Under the pieces are notes generated by a model that searched no databases, was not told the DNA's origin, and worked only from the letters and a program-made list of their open reading frames with translations. Of a DNA stretch of 64,000 nucleotides, positions 8,809 through 18,817 are shown one piece after another. The position numbers and the translations under genes are program-made. Numbering within the stretch: position 1 is the stretch's first letter; each line of letters starts with the position of its first letter. Source of the DNA: an uncultured archaeon (GTDB lineage Archaea > Nanobdellota > Nanobdellia > Pacearchaeales > GW2011-AR1). The stretch is from positions 99,584-163,583 of the forward strand of contig CABMGO010000005.1 in assembly GCA_902385655.1 (NCBI GenBank). Reading direction: 5' to 3'.

Positions 8809-10527
8809 ATGAAAAGAAATAAAAGAGGACAAGCATTAACGATCACACTAATAATCCTAATAATTGTTTTAATCAGTGGAGTTGTTTTACTATATATTAA
8901 TCCCAATAAACAAACAACAGAAAAATGTAATGTAGGTGGAAAAATAGATCCAAAAACGGGAAAATGTGCTTATCTAACTACAAAAGAAGACATAACACTT
9001 CCTCCAAAAACACCAATAAAGGAAAATAATACAAAAATTAATCCTAGAGTAAATATCACAAACCAAACAGCAATAAATTATACTAATTTTAATATTTCAG
9101 AATATGAAGACAATCCTTTTGGTTGGCATCCGGCTTATCCATATGCTAGCGCCTTTGATCTAGGCATTAGATGGCATAGAGATAATCTTATTTGGTCTTT
9201 AGTCCAGCCAGATATCAATAAGGAAGAGTATCAGTTTAAATTTGTGGACGGAGGTAAAAAGGGTAATTTTAACTATGATCAGAACTTTGGCGTTGAAACT
9301 GGAAATTTAAAAAAGATAATAACTATTTTCATTGAGAAAAATTCTCGGACCCCTACAAATTCTTGGGTACCAACTAACATAACAGCCTACCAAAAATATC
9401 TCCAAGTTTTAGTTGAAAGATATGACGGAGACGATAATTTAGGTTGCAAGATCGCTGCTCCAGATTGCTATTCGACTGGAGACAATATGTATCCAAGCCA
9501 AGAAGTTATTGATGGTCTGAAGAAAAACCCAATTAAATATTGGCAGGTAGAAAATGAACCAATTTCACTCAATAAAAAACTTGAAGGTTCAGACCCATCA
9601 AGTGATTTAACTTTTGCTCAGCTACAACGTTTGTCTTATGAAGCAATAAAAACTGCTGATCCTGCAGCTAAAGTCTTACTTGGTAGTACTTCAGGTGGAC
9701 CGGACGGATACATTTCTCAAACCTTAGACCCATGGCAACCAATATTGCAAACATTAGATGGAAAATACGCCGACATTTTTGATCTGCACTGGTATGGTTG
9801 TGCTAAAGGAGATTATCAAATATTAGATACAAGCAATGGACAAGATGTTTTGTCCTACCTAAGAGCAGAGCTTACCGAAACAGGTTTTCCTAATTTACCC
9901 ATTTGGATGACAGAAATGGGAACCAACTCCGGCCTAGCAACTGATGCTAATTGTGGATTACAAACAGAAGAACAACAAGCAAGTGATTATGTAAAGAGAT
10001 ACATTTATGGTTTATCTCACGGAATAAAAAAAATGTTTGGAATCTTAAGTCTTACAGAAGGAACATGGGACAACCCAGAAGATTACTTTAGCAAGACAGA
10101 ACTGATTTATGACGGAGAGGGTTCAAATGACCTCGGTGAAGGTGTTAAAAAACTATCTTATTATTCATACAAGTTAATGACTAATAAACTAGAAGGTTCT
10201 GATTGGAAAAATGTTTTAGAAATTTATAACTCGAGTAATGTTTACGCCTACAAATTCACAAATAAACAAACAGGAAACTTAACTTACATTGTTTGGTGGG
10301 ATTATTGGAATGAGCCAGAGTTAACAACTAAACAAGTAACTATCCCAATTTCTTTAAATGGCAACGTAAAAATAACTCAGGCTGTTCCCCATTTTGAAAA
10401 TGGGTTAATTCTTCAACAAAGCGGAGAAGACTATCCAAATTTTTTTGATACTGAGACTAAACAAGCGAGTAATGGGCAATTAAGTTTGAGTTTACTCAAA
10501 AATCCAGTTTATATAGAACAAGATTAA
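8809..10527 (+). CDS. Clan GH-A (TIM-barrel) glycoside hydrolase with a pilin-like class III N-terminal signal or anchor
   Basis: N-terminus MKRNKRGQ|ALTITLIILI; WQVENEP (acid/base NEP) and IWMTEMG (nucleophile E) motifs; an ORF-track start 9 nt upstream is also possible. Confidence 0.5.
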   Translation: MKRNKRGQALTITLIILIIVLISGVVLLYINPNKQTTEKCNVGGKIDPKTGKCAYLTTKEDITLPPKTPIKENNTKINPRVNITNQTAINYTNFNISEYEDNPFGWHPAYPYASAFDLGIRWHRDNLIWSLVQPDINKEEYQFKFVDGGKKGNFNYDQNFGVETGNLKKIITIFIEKNSRTPTNSWVPTNITAYQKYLQVLVERYDGDDNLGCKIAAPDCYSTGDNMYPSQEVIDGLKKNPIKYWQVENEPISLNKKLEGSDPSSDLTFAQLQRLSYEAIKTADPAAKVLLGSTSGGPDGYISQTLDPWQPILQTLDGKYADIFDLHWYGCAKGDYQILDTSNGQDVLSYLRAELTETGFPNLPIWMTEMGTNSGLATDANCGLQTEEQQASDYVKRYIYGLSHGIKKMFGILSLTEGTWDNPEDYFSKTELIYDGEGSNDLGEGVKKLSYYSYKLMTNKLEGSDWKNVLEIYNSSNVYAYKFTNKQTGNLTYIVWWDYWNEPELTTKQVTIPISLNGNVKITQAVPHFENGLILQQSGEDYPNFFDTETKQASNGQLSLSLLKNPVYIEQD

Positions 10528-10583
10528 AAAAGGCAAAGCAATCCTCTCGTTAAGTCTATAAACTATTTTTGAGTAAATTAATT

Positions 10584-11999
10584 ATGGCAGAAATAAAAAA
10601 AATATCAGAAGTTGAATGGGAGATCCCTAAAGAAAATGAAATGCTAGTACCTGGAAAAGTATTTGCATCAGAAAAACTATTTAAAAAAATAAAAGAAGAT
10701 AAAACTTTACAACAAGTAAAAAATGTAGCTATGCTTCCAGGAATCATCAAAGCAAGCTTTGCAATGCCAGATGCACACCAAGGTTATGGATTTCCAATAG
10801 GAGGGGTTGCAGCATTTGACATTGAAAAAGGAGTAATCTCGCCAGGAGGAGTAGGATATGACATAAACTGTTCAGTAAGATTATTAAGAACAAATCTAAC
10901 AAAAGACCAGATAAAAGGAAAAGAAAAAATTCTAACAAAAGCATTATTCAAAGCAGTTCCAGTCGGAGTTGGTGGAAAAGGAAAATTAAAAATAACTCCC
11001 AAAGAATTAAACGAAATTTTAGAAAAAGGAGCAGAATGGTGCAAAGAAAAAGGTTACGCAACAAAAGAAGACATTGAATTCATCGAAGAAAAGGGATGCA
11101 TAAAAGGAGCAAACTCGAGAAATGTTTCTGACAAGGCAAGAGGAAGAGGAATAAATCAGCTAGGAACTTTGGGAGCAGGAAATCATTTTGTTGAAATGCA
11201 AGTTGTAAATGAAATATTTGATAAGAAAACTGCAGAGATATTTGGATTAAAAAAAGATCAAATAACAATTATGGTTCACTGTGGTTCGAGAGGTTTGGGG
11301 CATCAAGTCGCATCAGATTATATTAAACTAATGGAAAAAGAATATGGCTTTCCAAAACAAGATAGAGAATTGGTTAACGCTCCAATCAAATCAGATCTAG
11401 GAAAAAAATATCTTTCAGCAATGGCAGCTGCAGCTAATTTTGCATTTGCAAATAAACAAATCTTAACACATCAAATCAGAGAAGAATTTAAAAAAATATT
11501 TCCAAAATTTGAAGCAGAACTAGTTTATGATATTTGTCACAACATTGCAAAATTCGAGAAACATGAAATCGATGGTAAAGAGAAAGAAGTTTTGATTATG
11601 AGAAAAGGAGCAACAAGATCATTTGGTCCTGGAAGAAAAGAGCTTCCAAAAGATTATCAGAAAACAGGTCAGCCAATAATTCTGCCAGGATCAATGGGAA
11701 CTTCAAGCTATGTTTTAGTTGGAACAGAACAAGCAGAAAAAGTTTCATTTGCTTCCACAGCACATGGAGCAGGCAGAGTCTCAAGCAGAAGTTTTGCAAC
11801 AAAGAATATAGACTCGAATCAAGTCTTAGAAAAATTAAAAGAAAGAGGAATAGAAGTAGAAGTAGGAAGTCAAAAAGGACTAGTTGAAGAAGCTCCAGAA
11901 GTTTACAAAGACATTGACGAAGTTGCAGAAGTTTCTCAAAAAGCAGGAATCGGAAATTTGGTTGTAAAACTAAGACCTATTGGAGTAGTGAAGGGATAA
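10584..11999 (+). CDS. rtcB: RNA-splicing ligase RtcB
   Basis: Conserved RtcB motifs (GYDINCSVR, GAGNHF, HCGSRG, STAHGAGR); start moved to the first ATG (ORF-track start is TTG). Confidence 0.9.
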   Translation: MAEIKKISEVEWEIPKENEMLVPGKVFASEKLFKKIKEDKTLQQVKNVAMLPGIIKASFAMPDAHQGYGFPIGGVAAFDIEKGVISPGGVGYDINCSVRLLRTNLTKDQIKGKEKILTKALFKAVPVGVGGKGKLKITPKELNEILEKGAEWCKEKGYATKEDIEFIEEKGCIKGANSRNVSDKARGRGINQLGTLGAGNHFVEMQVVNEIFDKKTAEIFGLKKDQITIMVHCGSRGLGHQVASDYIKLMEKEYGFPKQDRELVNAPIKSDLGKKYLSAMAAAANFAFANKQILTHQIREEFKKIFPKFEAELVYDICHNIAKFEKHEIDGKEKEVLIMRKGATRSFGPGRKELPKDYQKTGQPIILPGSMGTSSYVLVGTEQAEKVSFASTAHGAGRVSSRSFATKNIDSNQVLEKLKERGIEVEVGSQKGLVEEAPEVYKDIDEVAEVSQKAGIGNLVVKLRPIGVVKG

Positions 12000-12010
12000 T
12001 TTAAATAAAA

Positions 12011-12427
12011 TTAAGGATCATCTCTCAAAAGAGGATTACAATAAGCATACTGTTTAATAGATCCAGAATAATTATGTTCTCTGCAGGATTCCTCAAGAAT
12101 GTCAACCAATTGTCTAATTCTACTAGCACTTCCTTTATGAATAGTCCTAGATGCTGAAGGTGATTGATGTCCACGGTAAGAAGTAATACAAATCACCGTT
12201 CGAGTAGGATATTTTTCGACTAAATATTCTATAACTCTTTCTCCGCTCATGTCTGGCAAACCAACATCGACAACGGCAAGATCAAAGCAAGAAGATTCAC
12301 CGATACTAGAAATTGCATCTCGCCCATGAGTATAACGAACTGTCTGATGTCCTTTTTCTTTTTTGAGCATCTCTTCTAACAAAGGTCCAACTTTCGAATC
12401 ATCAACTATTACTATTTTTTTTGTCAT
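12011..12427 (-). CDS. CheY-like receiver domain protein with C-terminal extension
   Basis: IVIVDDS ... FDLAVVDVGLPDMSG ... ITSY. Confidence 0.6.
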   Translation of the reverse strand: MTKKIVIVDDSKVGPLLEEMLKKEKGHQTVRYTHGRDAISSIGESSCFDLAVVDVGLPDMSGERVIEYLVEKYPTRTVICITSYRGHQSPSASRTIHKGSASRIRQLVDILEESCREHNYSGSIKQYAYCNPLLRDDP

Positions 12428-12720
12428 TTTTCAAGTTCTCCCAAAATTTGTTCTATCAACGTTTTCTTGACACGAATATTTTCAATTGCTTCGGAAACAT
12501 TTTCCTCTGAAATTTTTATTCCTGAGTCAAGAAATAATCTCCGCAACCTAACTTGTTTAGCCAAATGTTCAGCATCTGAATGATAACTTATTTTAGGAAC
12601 ACCATCTAAAGAAACTTCTCCCAAAACCATTTTTCCACTATCCAAAATATGTCTACTCGAGCTAACCTCGTAATCATTTTTTTCCAGTAATTTTGTTAAT
12701 TTTTGATATTTTGCATCCAT
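12424..12720 (-). CDS. Hypothetical protein, ATGA-coupled to the downstream receiver
   Basis: ORF; 4-nt overlap. Confidence 0.35.
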   Translation of the reverse strand: MDAKYQKLTKLLEKNDYEVSSSRHILDSGKMVLGEVSLDGVPKISYHSDAEHLAKQVRLRRLFLDSGIKISEENVSEAIENIRVKKTLIEQILGELEK

Positions 12721-13033
12721 TTTGTGTTGATATCATTCTAGAACAGAAACCGAATTGTATAGTAAAGTTAATACAGATCCGGTTTTGTAGTCCGAATCTT
12801 ATTAGTTTGAATAAGAATAGAATGAGTTACCACTAAAATTATTCCATTCGGAAACAACCTTAGTGTTTATCATAATTATTTTAAGATTAAGCAGTTTATA
12901 AATTTTCCTTCCGCATGCAGAGAGGATGTCCGAACCAGGACAATAAAATAACCTCGATAAATTTAAAAAGTAGAAATTAATAACTAAATAGAGGTGTTGG
13001 TAACAGAATCGCCTAAGAATTCTATAGAATAAA

Positions 13034-13294
13034 ATGGAACAAAAAACGATAAGTCAAGAGTATGCGCAGAGTATAAGAAGATGGGTAAAAGGTTCAAGTG
13101 CAGTTTCATTAGGGACCTATACTTTAGAATTTATGGGGTTAATGTTAGCAATTGATGCCTACACCACTAGATCTGGAAAAGAGTTTCTTGTAGCATTTGG
13201 AACATATGCTCTAGGAAGAGCACTTTCAACTAAGATAAATAATATTCGACAAGAAAAAACAAGTGAGTTAGAGAATTCCGTAATCAAACCTTAA
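13034..13294 (+). CDS. Hypothetical protein
   Basis: ORF only. Confidence 0.3.
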   Translation: MEQKTISQEYAQSIRRWVKGSSAVSLGTYTLEFMGLMLAIDAYTTRSGKEFLVAFGTYALGRALSTKINNIRQEKTSELENSVIKP

Positions 13295-13295
13295 A

Positions 13296-13658
13296 ATGGA
13301 AAAAATAAAAAGATACTTAACAAAAACAGCTCCCCTAGTATTAGCAATTACATCTTTGACAATCGGATGCGGAGAGAATACTCAAGATAAAGTATTAACT
13401 CCAAAAGGATGGGTTCCATATTCTCCAACAAGTTATTCTTCTCCAATAAATCCCACATTTAGTAAACTTGAAAAGAGAGCAGAAGAAAGACCATTAATTA
13501 GGCAGATTACTCCTGGTCCGATCTATCTAAATACTGGTTTACATGGAAGAATAAAAATATCTGATGGACCCACAACAAATGAATATTATGGTCTGACTCC
13601 AAAAGAACAAGAAGAATTAGCTATACTGTCGTTAATTTTCAGCTCACCGACCTATTAA
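13296..13658 (+). CDS. Putative lipoprotein or secreted protein
   Basis: Signal peptide with LTIGC lipobox-like motif. Confidence 0.35.
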   Translation: MEKIKRYLTKTAPLVLAITSLTIGCGENTQDKVLTPKGWVPYSPTSYSSPINPTFSKLEKRAEERPLIRQITPGPIYLNTGLHGRIKISDGPTTNEYYGLTPKEQEELAILSLIFSSPTY

Positions 13659-13665
13659 AACAAGC

Positions 13666-14973
13666 TCACTCTTCTTTCCTTTCCACTTTAACCGCGGTCG
13701 GGGCCTCTCCACCATGCCAGGTAAATCTCGGACGAACCCTTATCGGATAAATTCTTTCAGAATTATCATCAAGCAAAATTGCAGAACCTTTTAACCTCGG
13801 AAGCTCATTCATCTTTTGTTTGATACCTTCGTAAACATAACTCTGCATAATTTCATTCAAAGCGCCAACATCTTGTTCAGCAGTAACTCTATGAGACAAA
13901 ACAATATCTGACTGAGTCATCGCATCAGTATGAATTTTTCCTGGCTGCTGAGTTGCAAGAACTAAAGAAATTCCGGGCTGTCTTCCTTCTCTTAAAAGTT
14001 GAATCAACGCATCTGTTGCAGGAGTCTTTCCTTCTTTTGGTAAAAACTCATGAGCCTCGTCGATAAAAATCCAAGTCAAAGGCATACTTCTTTTCATTTG
14101 AAATGCCAAATAATTATACCCATGCTGAACAGATTGAATTTCCTCCTCCCTTCTTGCAGACATTCTCTCGTTGAACAATCTTTTAGAAACTAAACCAATA
14201 ATCAAGCCCCTAACATTAAAACTTCCAGTAGAAGCATACATTGACAAATCGATCACAGTAGTTTTTCCAGGCTCAACCAAATCTCTTATCGGAGTTCCGC
14301 TAACTTCATCAAAAACTTTCCAAGTCTCCGCAGCATCAAAAAGTGCCGAAGTAGCATTCTTAACATCTTGAGAAATATTTTCAGCAGTCTTAATCATCTC
14401 CCGAATATCTTCAAAACTAAAAGAGCCTTTTTGTTTTAATGCTGAGACAACGCTTTCAATCAAAACAGCCTCCGGCTGTGTAAACTTAAGTTCAAAAAGA
14501 GAAACCCAATCATCTGCCTCCAAATCCGAAATCTTTATTGCAAACTCCAAGTCAACAGGAATACCCTTATCATGATACTCATCAAAATAACCAAATGGAA
14601 CAAAAACTTTTACATCAACATTTTTCGGTTCCAAACCCCAATCAGAAAGTAAATCTCGATCCTTATGATTCTTAAATTTCATCGTCCAGAAAATTCCCAT
14701 CGTGTCAAAAATCAAAGAAGAAATATTTTGTGCCTCCTCATAATTTAAAGTAGACAAAGCTTCAGCCATTCCCCCGATAGTATAAGACTTACCGCTTCCT
14801 CTTTTTCCAGCAACAAGAACAACATGACTTCGTGCAACATCCATATAAATCGGATTTGAAAGAGAAGTATATTCTCCCATCTTAACAAAACTCTTACCTA
14901 AAAAAATCAAACCTTTATTCCCGAATAACTTTTTATCACTCTCATTCCTCCCAATAATCACATCAAATGGCAT
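13666..14973 (-). CDS. HerA/FtsK-superfamily P-loop ATPase (DUF87-like)
   Basis: Walker A GKRGSGKSYT; IFIDEAHEF; LVLATQQPGKI, which is HerA-type; promoter module shared with pilin genes. Confidence 0.6.
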   Translation of the reverse strand: MPFDVIIGRNESDKKLFGNKGLIFLGKSFVKMGEYTSLSNPIYMDVARSHVVLVAGKRGSGKSYTIGGMAEALSTLNYEEAQNISSLIFDTMGIFWTMKFKNHKDRDLLSDWGLEPKNVDVKVFVPFGYFDEYHDKGIPVDLEFAIKISDLEADDWVSLFELKFTQPEAVLIESVVSALKQKGSFSFEDIREMIKTAENISQDVKNATSALFDAAETWKVFDEVSGTPIRDLVEPGKTTVIDLSMYASTGSFNVRGLIIGLVSKRLFNERMSARREEEIQSVQHGYNYLAFQMKRSMPLTWIFIDEAHEFLPKEGKTPATDALIQLLREGRQPGISLVLATQQPGKIHTDAMTQSDIVLSHRVTAEQDVGALNEIMQSYVYEGIKQKMNELPRLKGSAILLDDNSERIYPIRVRPRFTWHGGEAPTAVKVERKEE

Positions 14974-14984
14974 AAACTAACATA

Positions 14985-15185
14985 GAAACAAGATATTATA
15001 AACATTTTGAGGATTCTGTCAGCGTAGTTGACATAAACTGTATAATTTATAAAAATCAAACTCTGTTTGATTTAGTTAAGGCTCTGCAAGAGTCATCCCG
15101 AAGATAGGTTTATTTTCATGCAAATTAGGGGCGTTCTACAAGAATGTCATCGAGAATTGACTTGTTTAATGCTGACGAGGGATAA
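14985..15185 (-). promoter_or_regulatory. Conserved pilus-regulon upstream module, copy B: TATA/BRE-like GAAATGTTTATAA ~25 nt before the ATG, a second TTTATAAATTATAC, then two family-A units
   Basis: ~85% identical over ~130 bp to 22330-22480, upstream of a different gene. Confidence 0.55.
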
Positions 15186-15202
15186 ATATTGCGAGGACAA
15201 AA

Positions 15203-15667
15203 CTAAGAGGTCCAGAGATATAACCTAAGAATTTTCGGATTATAATTCTGCAGAGTACTACTAATAATTCTCTCTTCAACAAAAACACTGCTTGTAGTTG
15301 TTATTGAAGATTCGCTAAATGGAGCTGTCGGAGGGCATACAGAAACCTGAACATCGCAAATACCTAAACTATAATTAAATGAGTAACCTTTATTGAAGTC
15401 TGGATCCACTAAATTCGAAGAAACAAATTCTTCAAGAGCAGTATAATTTTCATTCAAGGTTGCATTTCTTAAAGAAGAACTTGAAGCAATGCTTTCAAGA
15501 ATAGTATTTTCTAAATCTGAAACCGTTTTCGCTAATTCCTCACTTTGAACATTGACTTGATTTTTAACAGTTACATAAATCAAAACACCAGACAAAAGAA
15601 GAATAGCAATAACTGCTTCCAAAATTCTTATCCAACCTCTTTTTGTACCAATAGTTAAACTTACCAT
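15203..15667 (-). CDS. Pilin-like protein with class III signal peptide
   Basis: TKRG|WIRILEAVIAILLLSGV N-terminus. Confidence 0.5.
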   Translation of the reverse strand: MVSLTIGTKRGWIRILEAVIAILLLSGVLIYVTVKNQVNVQSEELAKTVSDLENTILESIASSSSLRNATLNENYTALEEFVSSNLVDPDFNKGYSFNYSLGICDVQVSVCPPTAPFSESSITTTSSVFVEERIISSTLQNYNPKILRLYLWTS

Positions 15668-16329
15668 ACTCTAATTATAAAATCTTCATTTATTAATGTT
15701 CCATTCCCATACAAAACAAGTCTCCTATAAACTCCTGCAATTACACTAACCTGCTCGGGAGGTTCCTTTTCCATAGAATATCTACTAGATCTTATAGAAA
15801 AATCAGTATTCGGCAACAAACCTAGTTCTTCCTTGAGCAAAGAATAATTATTAGTATATTTATCGGTAAAATTCTGAAGCTCATAATCAGACAAGACAAC
15901 CAAGTTATTTATGTTTCCTAAAGGATAATCCCTATTCTTGTTACAAGCGGAAAGATTTTGTAATAAAATGTCAGGGGAGTCAGAATAATACAAGTAAGAG
16001 AATTCTGGCCGGGTAGTAGAAATATTTATTACGCCCATATTTTCTGTACCTGGAACTAAAGTTGAATTAAGTCTGCAGGGCTTATTCTTAGGAGCACCGT
16101 CACTAAAATTAACTAAAACACTTGTCAGATTAACCGAAACCGAATTAAAAACACTGTCTTTTAAAGAAATTAAGACGCTATCCTGTAAAGTTTGAGTTCT
16201 AAATGGCTGAATAAAATAAAGCAAGAAAAAAACAAAACCTACAAAGAGAATAAATGAAAAAATTATTTCAATATGAGAGGCAGCTTTTTTTTTACCAAAG
16301 TAGGTTAAATTATTTTTTAAAGAGCTCAA
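15661..16329 (-). CDS. Pilin-like or pilus-associated membrane-anchored protein (TTG start, TTGA-coupled to the upstream gene)
   Basis: N-terminal TM after a basic stretch; many N-x-S/T sequons. Confidence 0.4.
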   Translation of the reverse strand: MSSLKNNLTYFGKKKAASHIEIIFSFILFVGFVFFLLYFIQPFRTQTLQDSVLISLKDSVFNSVSVNLTSVLVNFSDGAPKNKPCRLNSTLVPGTENMGVINISTTRPEFSYLYYSDSPDILLQNLSACNKNRDYPLGNINNLVVLSDYELQNFTDKYTNNYSLLKEELGLLPNTDFSIRSSRYSMEKEPPEQVSVIAGVYRRLVLYGNGTLINEDFIIRVW

Positions 16330-17171
16330 GCACTAACACCTCCGAATATTAATGCAGCCAATGAAGAAATAACTAGCGTTAACCCAATAAGAATGAATGA
16401 ATGTTTTATACCATCTTTCAAGCTGCCTTCAGAAATCTTTCCGATAACCAAGCCAGCAAAAAAAGATTGAACAATCAAAAGCGAAAGTAAAGGAACTTCA
16501 AAATTAACATTGGCTCCAACTTTAATATTCGAGTTCAGATCTTTAAATCCTGCTCCACCAATATCTTTTGTCAAAGGTAAAATTAAGTATTGTAAAACTA
16601 GAACAATCAAAATAAAAATAACAAAAATAATATATCCTTGAACAACCAAATTAAAAACTGCAGATCTCTGTTCCTTTTTCAATTTTTCAGTCTGATCAAC
16701 AGAACCCGAAACCGAACTTAGTATAGAATCAATCTGTCCTCCAGATCTTTCAGCCTCGGAAATCAAACCAACAGCTCTTTTTATCACAGGACTTTTCGAA
16801 TCGCTGGCAAAATTAACCAATGCAGTAGTAAGGGGAATCCCCAAAGCAATTTGGTTACCTAACTTTCTTACATGAATCGTAAGTGCACCATAATCTCTTG
16901 ATTGAACATTCAAGATTGCTTTTGCAATTGGAGTACCAGATTTTACATTTTCGACCAAGTCCCTAACAAATTCCAGAAATTTAGAATCTTTTTCTTTCTG
17001 TTTTTTTGAAACTAACACATTTTCAGAAACAAATGGCAATAACATTAATACAAAAATAACTGAAACTAAGAAATATTTGAACCTAGCAAGAGAAGGAGTA
17101 TTAAAAAATATAAAAATAAAAACTATCAAAACAGTCCCGATTCCCGCATAGATAAAATTTCGAGTTTTCAT
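16326..17171 (-). CDS. Type II secretion system F-domain membrane protein (TadB/TadC / half-FlaJ-like)
   Basis: T2SSF-like segment GIPLTTALVNFASD...ISEAERSGG with flanking TM helices. Confidence 0.6.
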   Translation of the reverse strand: MKTRNFIYAGIGTVLIVFIFIFFNTPSLARFKYFLVSVIFVLMLLPFVSENVLVSKKQKEKDSKFLEFVRDLVENVKSGTPIAKAILNVQSRDYGALTIHVRKLGNQIALGIPLTTALVNFASDSKSPVIKRAVGLISEAERSGGQIDSILSSVSGSVDQTEKLKKEQRSAVFNLVVQGYIIFVIFILIVLVLQYLILPLTKDIGGAGFKDLNSNIKVGANVNFEVPLLSLLIVQSFFAGLVIGKISEGSLKDGIKHSFILIGLTLVISSLAALIFGGVSA

Positions 17172-17267
17172 TTTGCGAATCAGTTCATCTTCGCAAGGTA
17201 ACGAGCTAGTCGAGTTACCGCTAACTTCCTTGCGAACTTCAAGTTTATTTGATTAAATGTGAGCATG

Positions 17268-18509
17268 TTATTTAGGCTGTTTGATTTGTAAAAAAATCAA
17301 GAAAAATATATTTAATAATGCCACAACCACTATAGATGAAGTTAATAAAAAGTTTGGTGTAAGTCCAACATCGAATCCAGTAGCAGTCATGATTACAATA
17401 AGCATAACTAAAATTAGAGGAGCAGTAATAAGGACGCTGATATAGATATCCATGAAAGTCGCAGCGAGACTGTTATATTTCTCTCGTTCCAATTTAAAGT
17501 CAGTTAACAAATTCTCAGATTTTTTCTCAAGATAATTTTTAAGAGAACCACCGGAAACAATATTTGTCGCCATTCCCCCAAGAAGTTCAGAAAGTTTTTC
17601 GCTAGGAGTGGTCTTCGCAATATTCCTTAATGCAGTGACTAAGTCATAACCATAAACTTCGACCTGATTTACAACTTTTCTCATTTCTACTGCAACATTC
17701 TTATATTCTGGATTGTTAGAAATTATCTTAAAAATACTTGTCGGTTCTATATTAGATCCTGCGATTGCAGACATGTATATCGTCGCAAACGGAAGTTCGT
17801 TTCTAATTTTCTGATCTATCGATCCCTTTTCCAAAGAAGGATAAAAATAGTAAAAAGTGAAAGATAAAAAAGTAAGTAAAAAAGGAACCCATAAGTATAC
17901 GAAAGCAGAAGGAACAGCCAAGCCTAATAAAATAAAAAAGATCATACTCCCAAAGAAAACACTTAAGGAAACAAAGATAGCAATAGCAAGATAAGTGGAC
18001 AACATAAAACGAGAATTAGAATCCTTCAGATCTTTTTTTAATTCAGAAAAATTTTGAATCGCGAGCCTCTCAGTAAAACTCCCAAAGATAGAATTAGAAT
18101 ACTTGGCAAGTAAACTCGGTTTTTCTGAACCAGCAATTTCCCTCTTAGGAGAAATCTTCTTCATACTTTCTTCGCCCAAATTCAAATCCTTAAGAAATTT
18201 TTCTCTGTCTTCTTTATTCAAGGTGACCAAATTAGATTTCCCGTCTTGAGTATAACGATAACTTTCTGTCTTTATATTTTTAGTAGATCCAGTTTCTGGA
18301 TCTAATTTTTTAACAGCAGAAATCTCTCCAAGTATTGAAGGGATTGCCTTGCTTACTAACAAAAGTCTGGAAAAAAGAGAGTCAGCTGAAGAAAGATAAA
18401 CTTTCCTTTGTTTCGGATCAGAGTACTTCAAAGCCTGGTCTGCTTTTCTTAAGTCAGAAATAATTTTCCGCATCTCAAGAACATTATTTCTCAATTTCTC
18501 AACACTCAT
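17268..18509 (-). CDS. Type II secretion system F-domain membrane protein (TadC/FlaJ-like)
   Basis: ELPFATIYMSAIAGSNIEPTSIFKII T2SSF motif; multiple TM. Confidence 0.65.
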   Translation of the reverse strand: MSVEKLRNNVLEMRKIISDLRKADQALKYSDPKQRKVYLSSADSLFSRLLLVSKAIPSILGEISAVKKLDPETGSTKNIKTESYRYTQDGKSNLVTLNKEDREKFLKDLNLGEESMKKISPKREIAGSEKPSLLAKYSNSIFGSFTERLAIQNFSELKKDLKDSNSRFMLSTYLAIAIFVSLSVFFGSMIFFILLGLAVPSAFVYLWVPFLLTFLSFTFYYFYPSLEKGSIDQKIRNELPFATIYMSAIAGSNIEPTSIFKIISNNPEYKNVAVEMRKVVNQVEVYGYDLVTALRNIAKTTPSEKLSELLGGMATNIVSGGSLKNYLEKKSENLLTDFKLEREKYNSLAATFMDIYISVLITAPLILVMLIVIMTATGFDVGLTPNFLLTSSIVVVALLNIFFLIFLQIKQPK

Positions 18510-18667
18510 GCTGACTCCTCAATTATTTTTTTATTTATTTCAAAAATTGTCGCCTTAATTGAGTTTGCCTCATCGATTTTATTTTCATTTACGCTCTTCT
18601 CAAGCTTCCTAATTAATTCATCTAAAGAGCCAACTAAATGCGACAACACCTCAATATCCCTACTCAT
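18506..18667 (-). CDS. Small (~53 aa) coiled-coil ORF, ATGA-coupled to the platform gene; below the ORF-track cutoff
   Basis: Read manually on the minus strand; conserved pilus-type promoter CGAAACATTAATAAATG upstream. Confidence 0.3.
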   Translation of the reverse strand: MSRDIEVLSHLVGSLDELIRKLEKSVNENKIDEANSIKATIFEINKKIIEESA

Positions 18668-18817
18668 ACTCCACAGAACCAAAATTCATTTATTAATGTT
18701 TCGTCGAAGAATGAGACGAATGAACTGTTTCATGCAGTGCTTTCGTCGAGAGACAAGAAAATAACTAATCAACTCGAAACGAATGAAGTGAGGAACCACT
18801 ACTTTTGTCGAATATAA

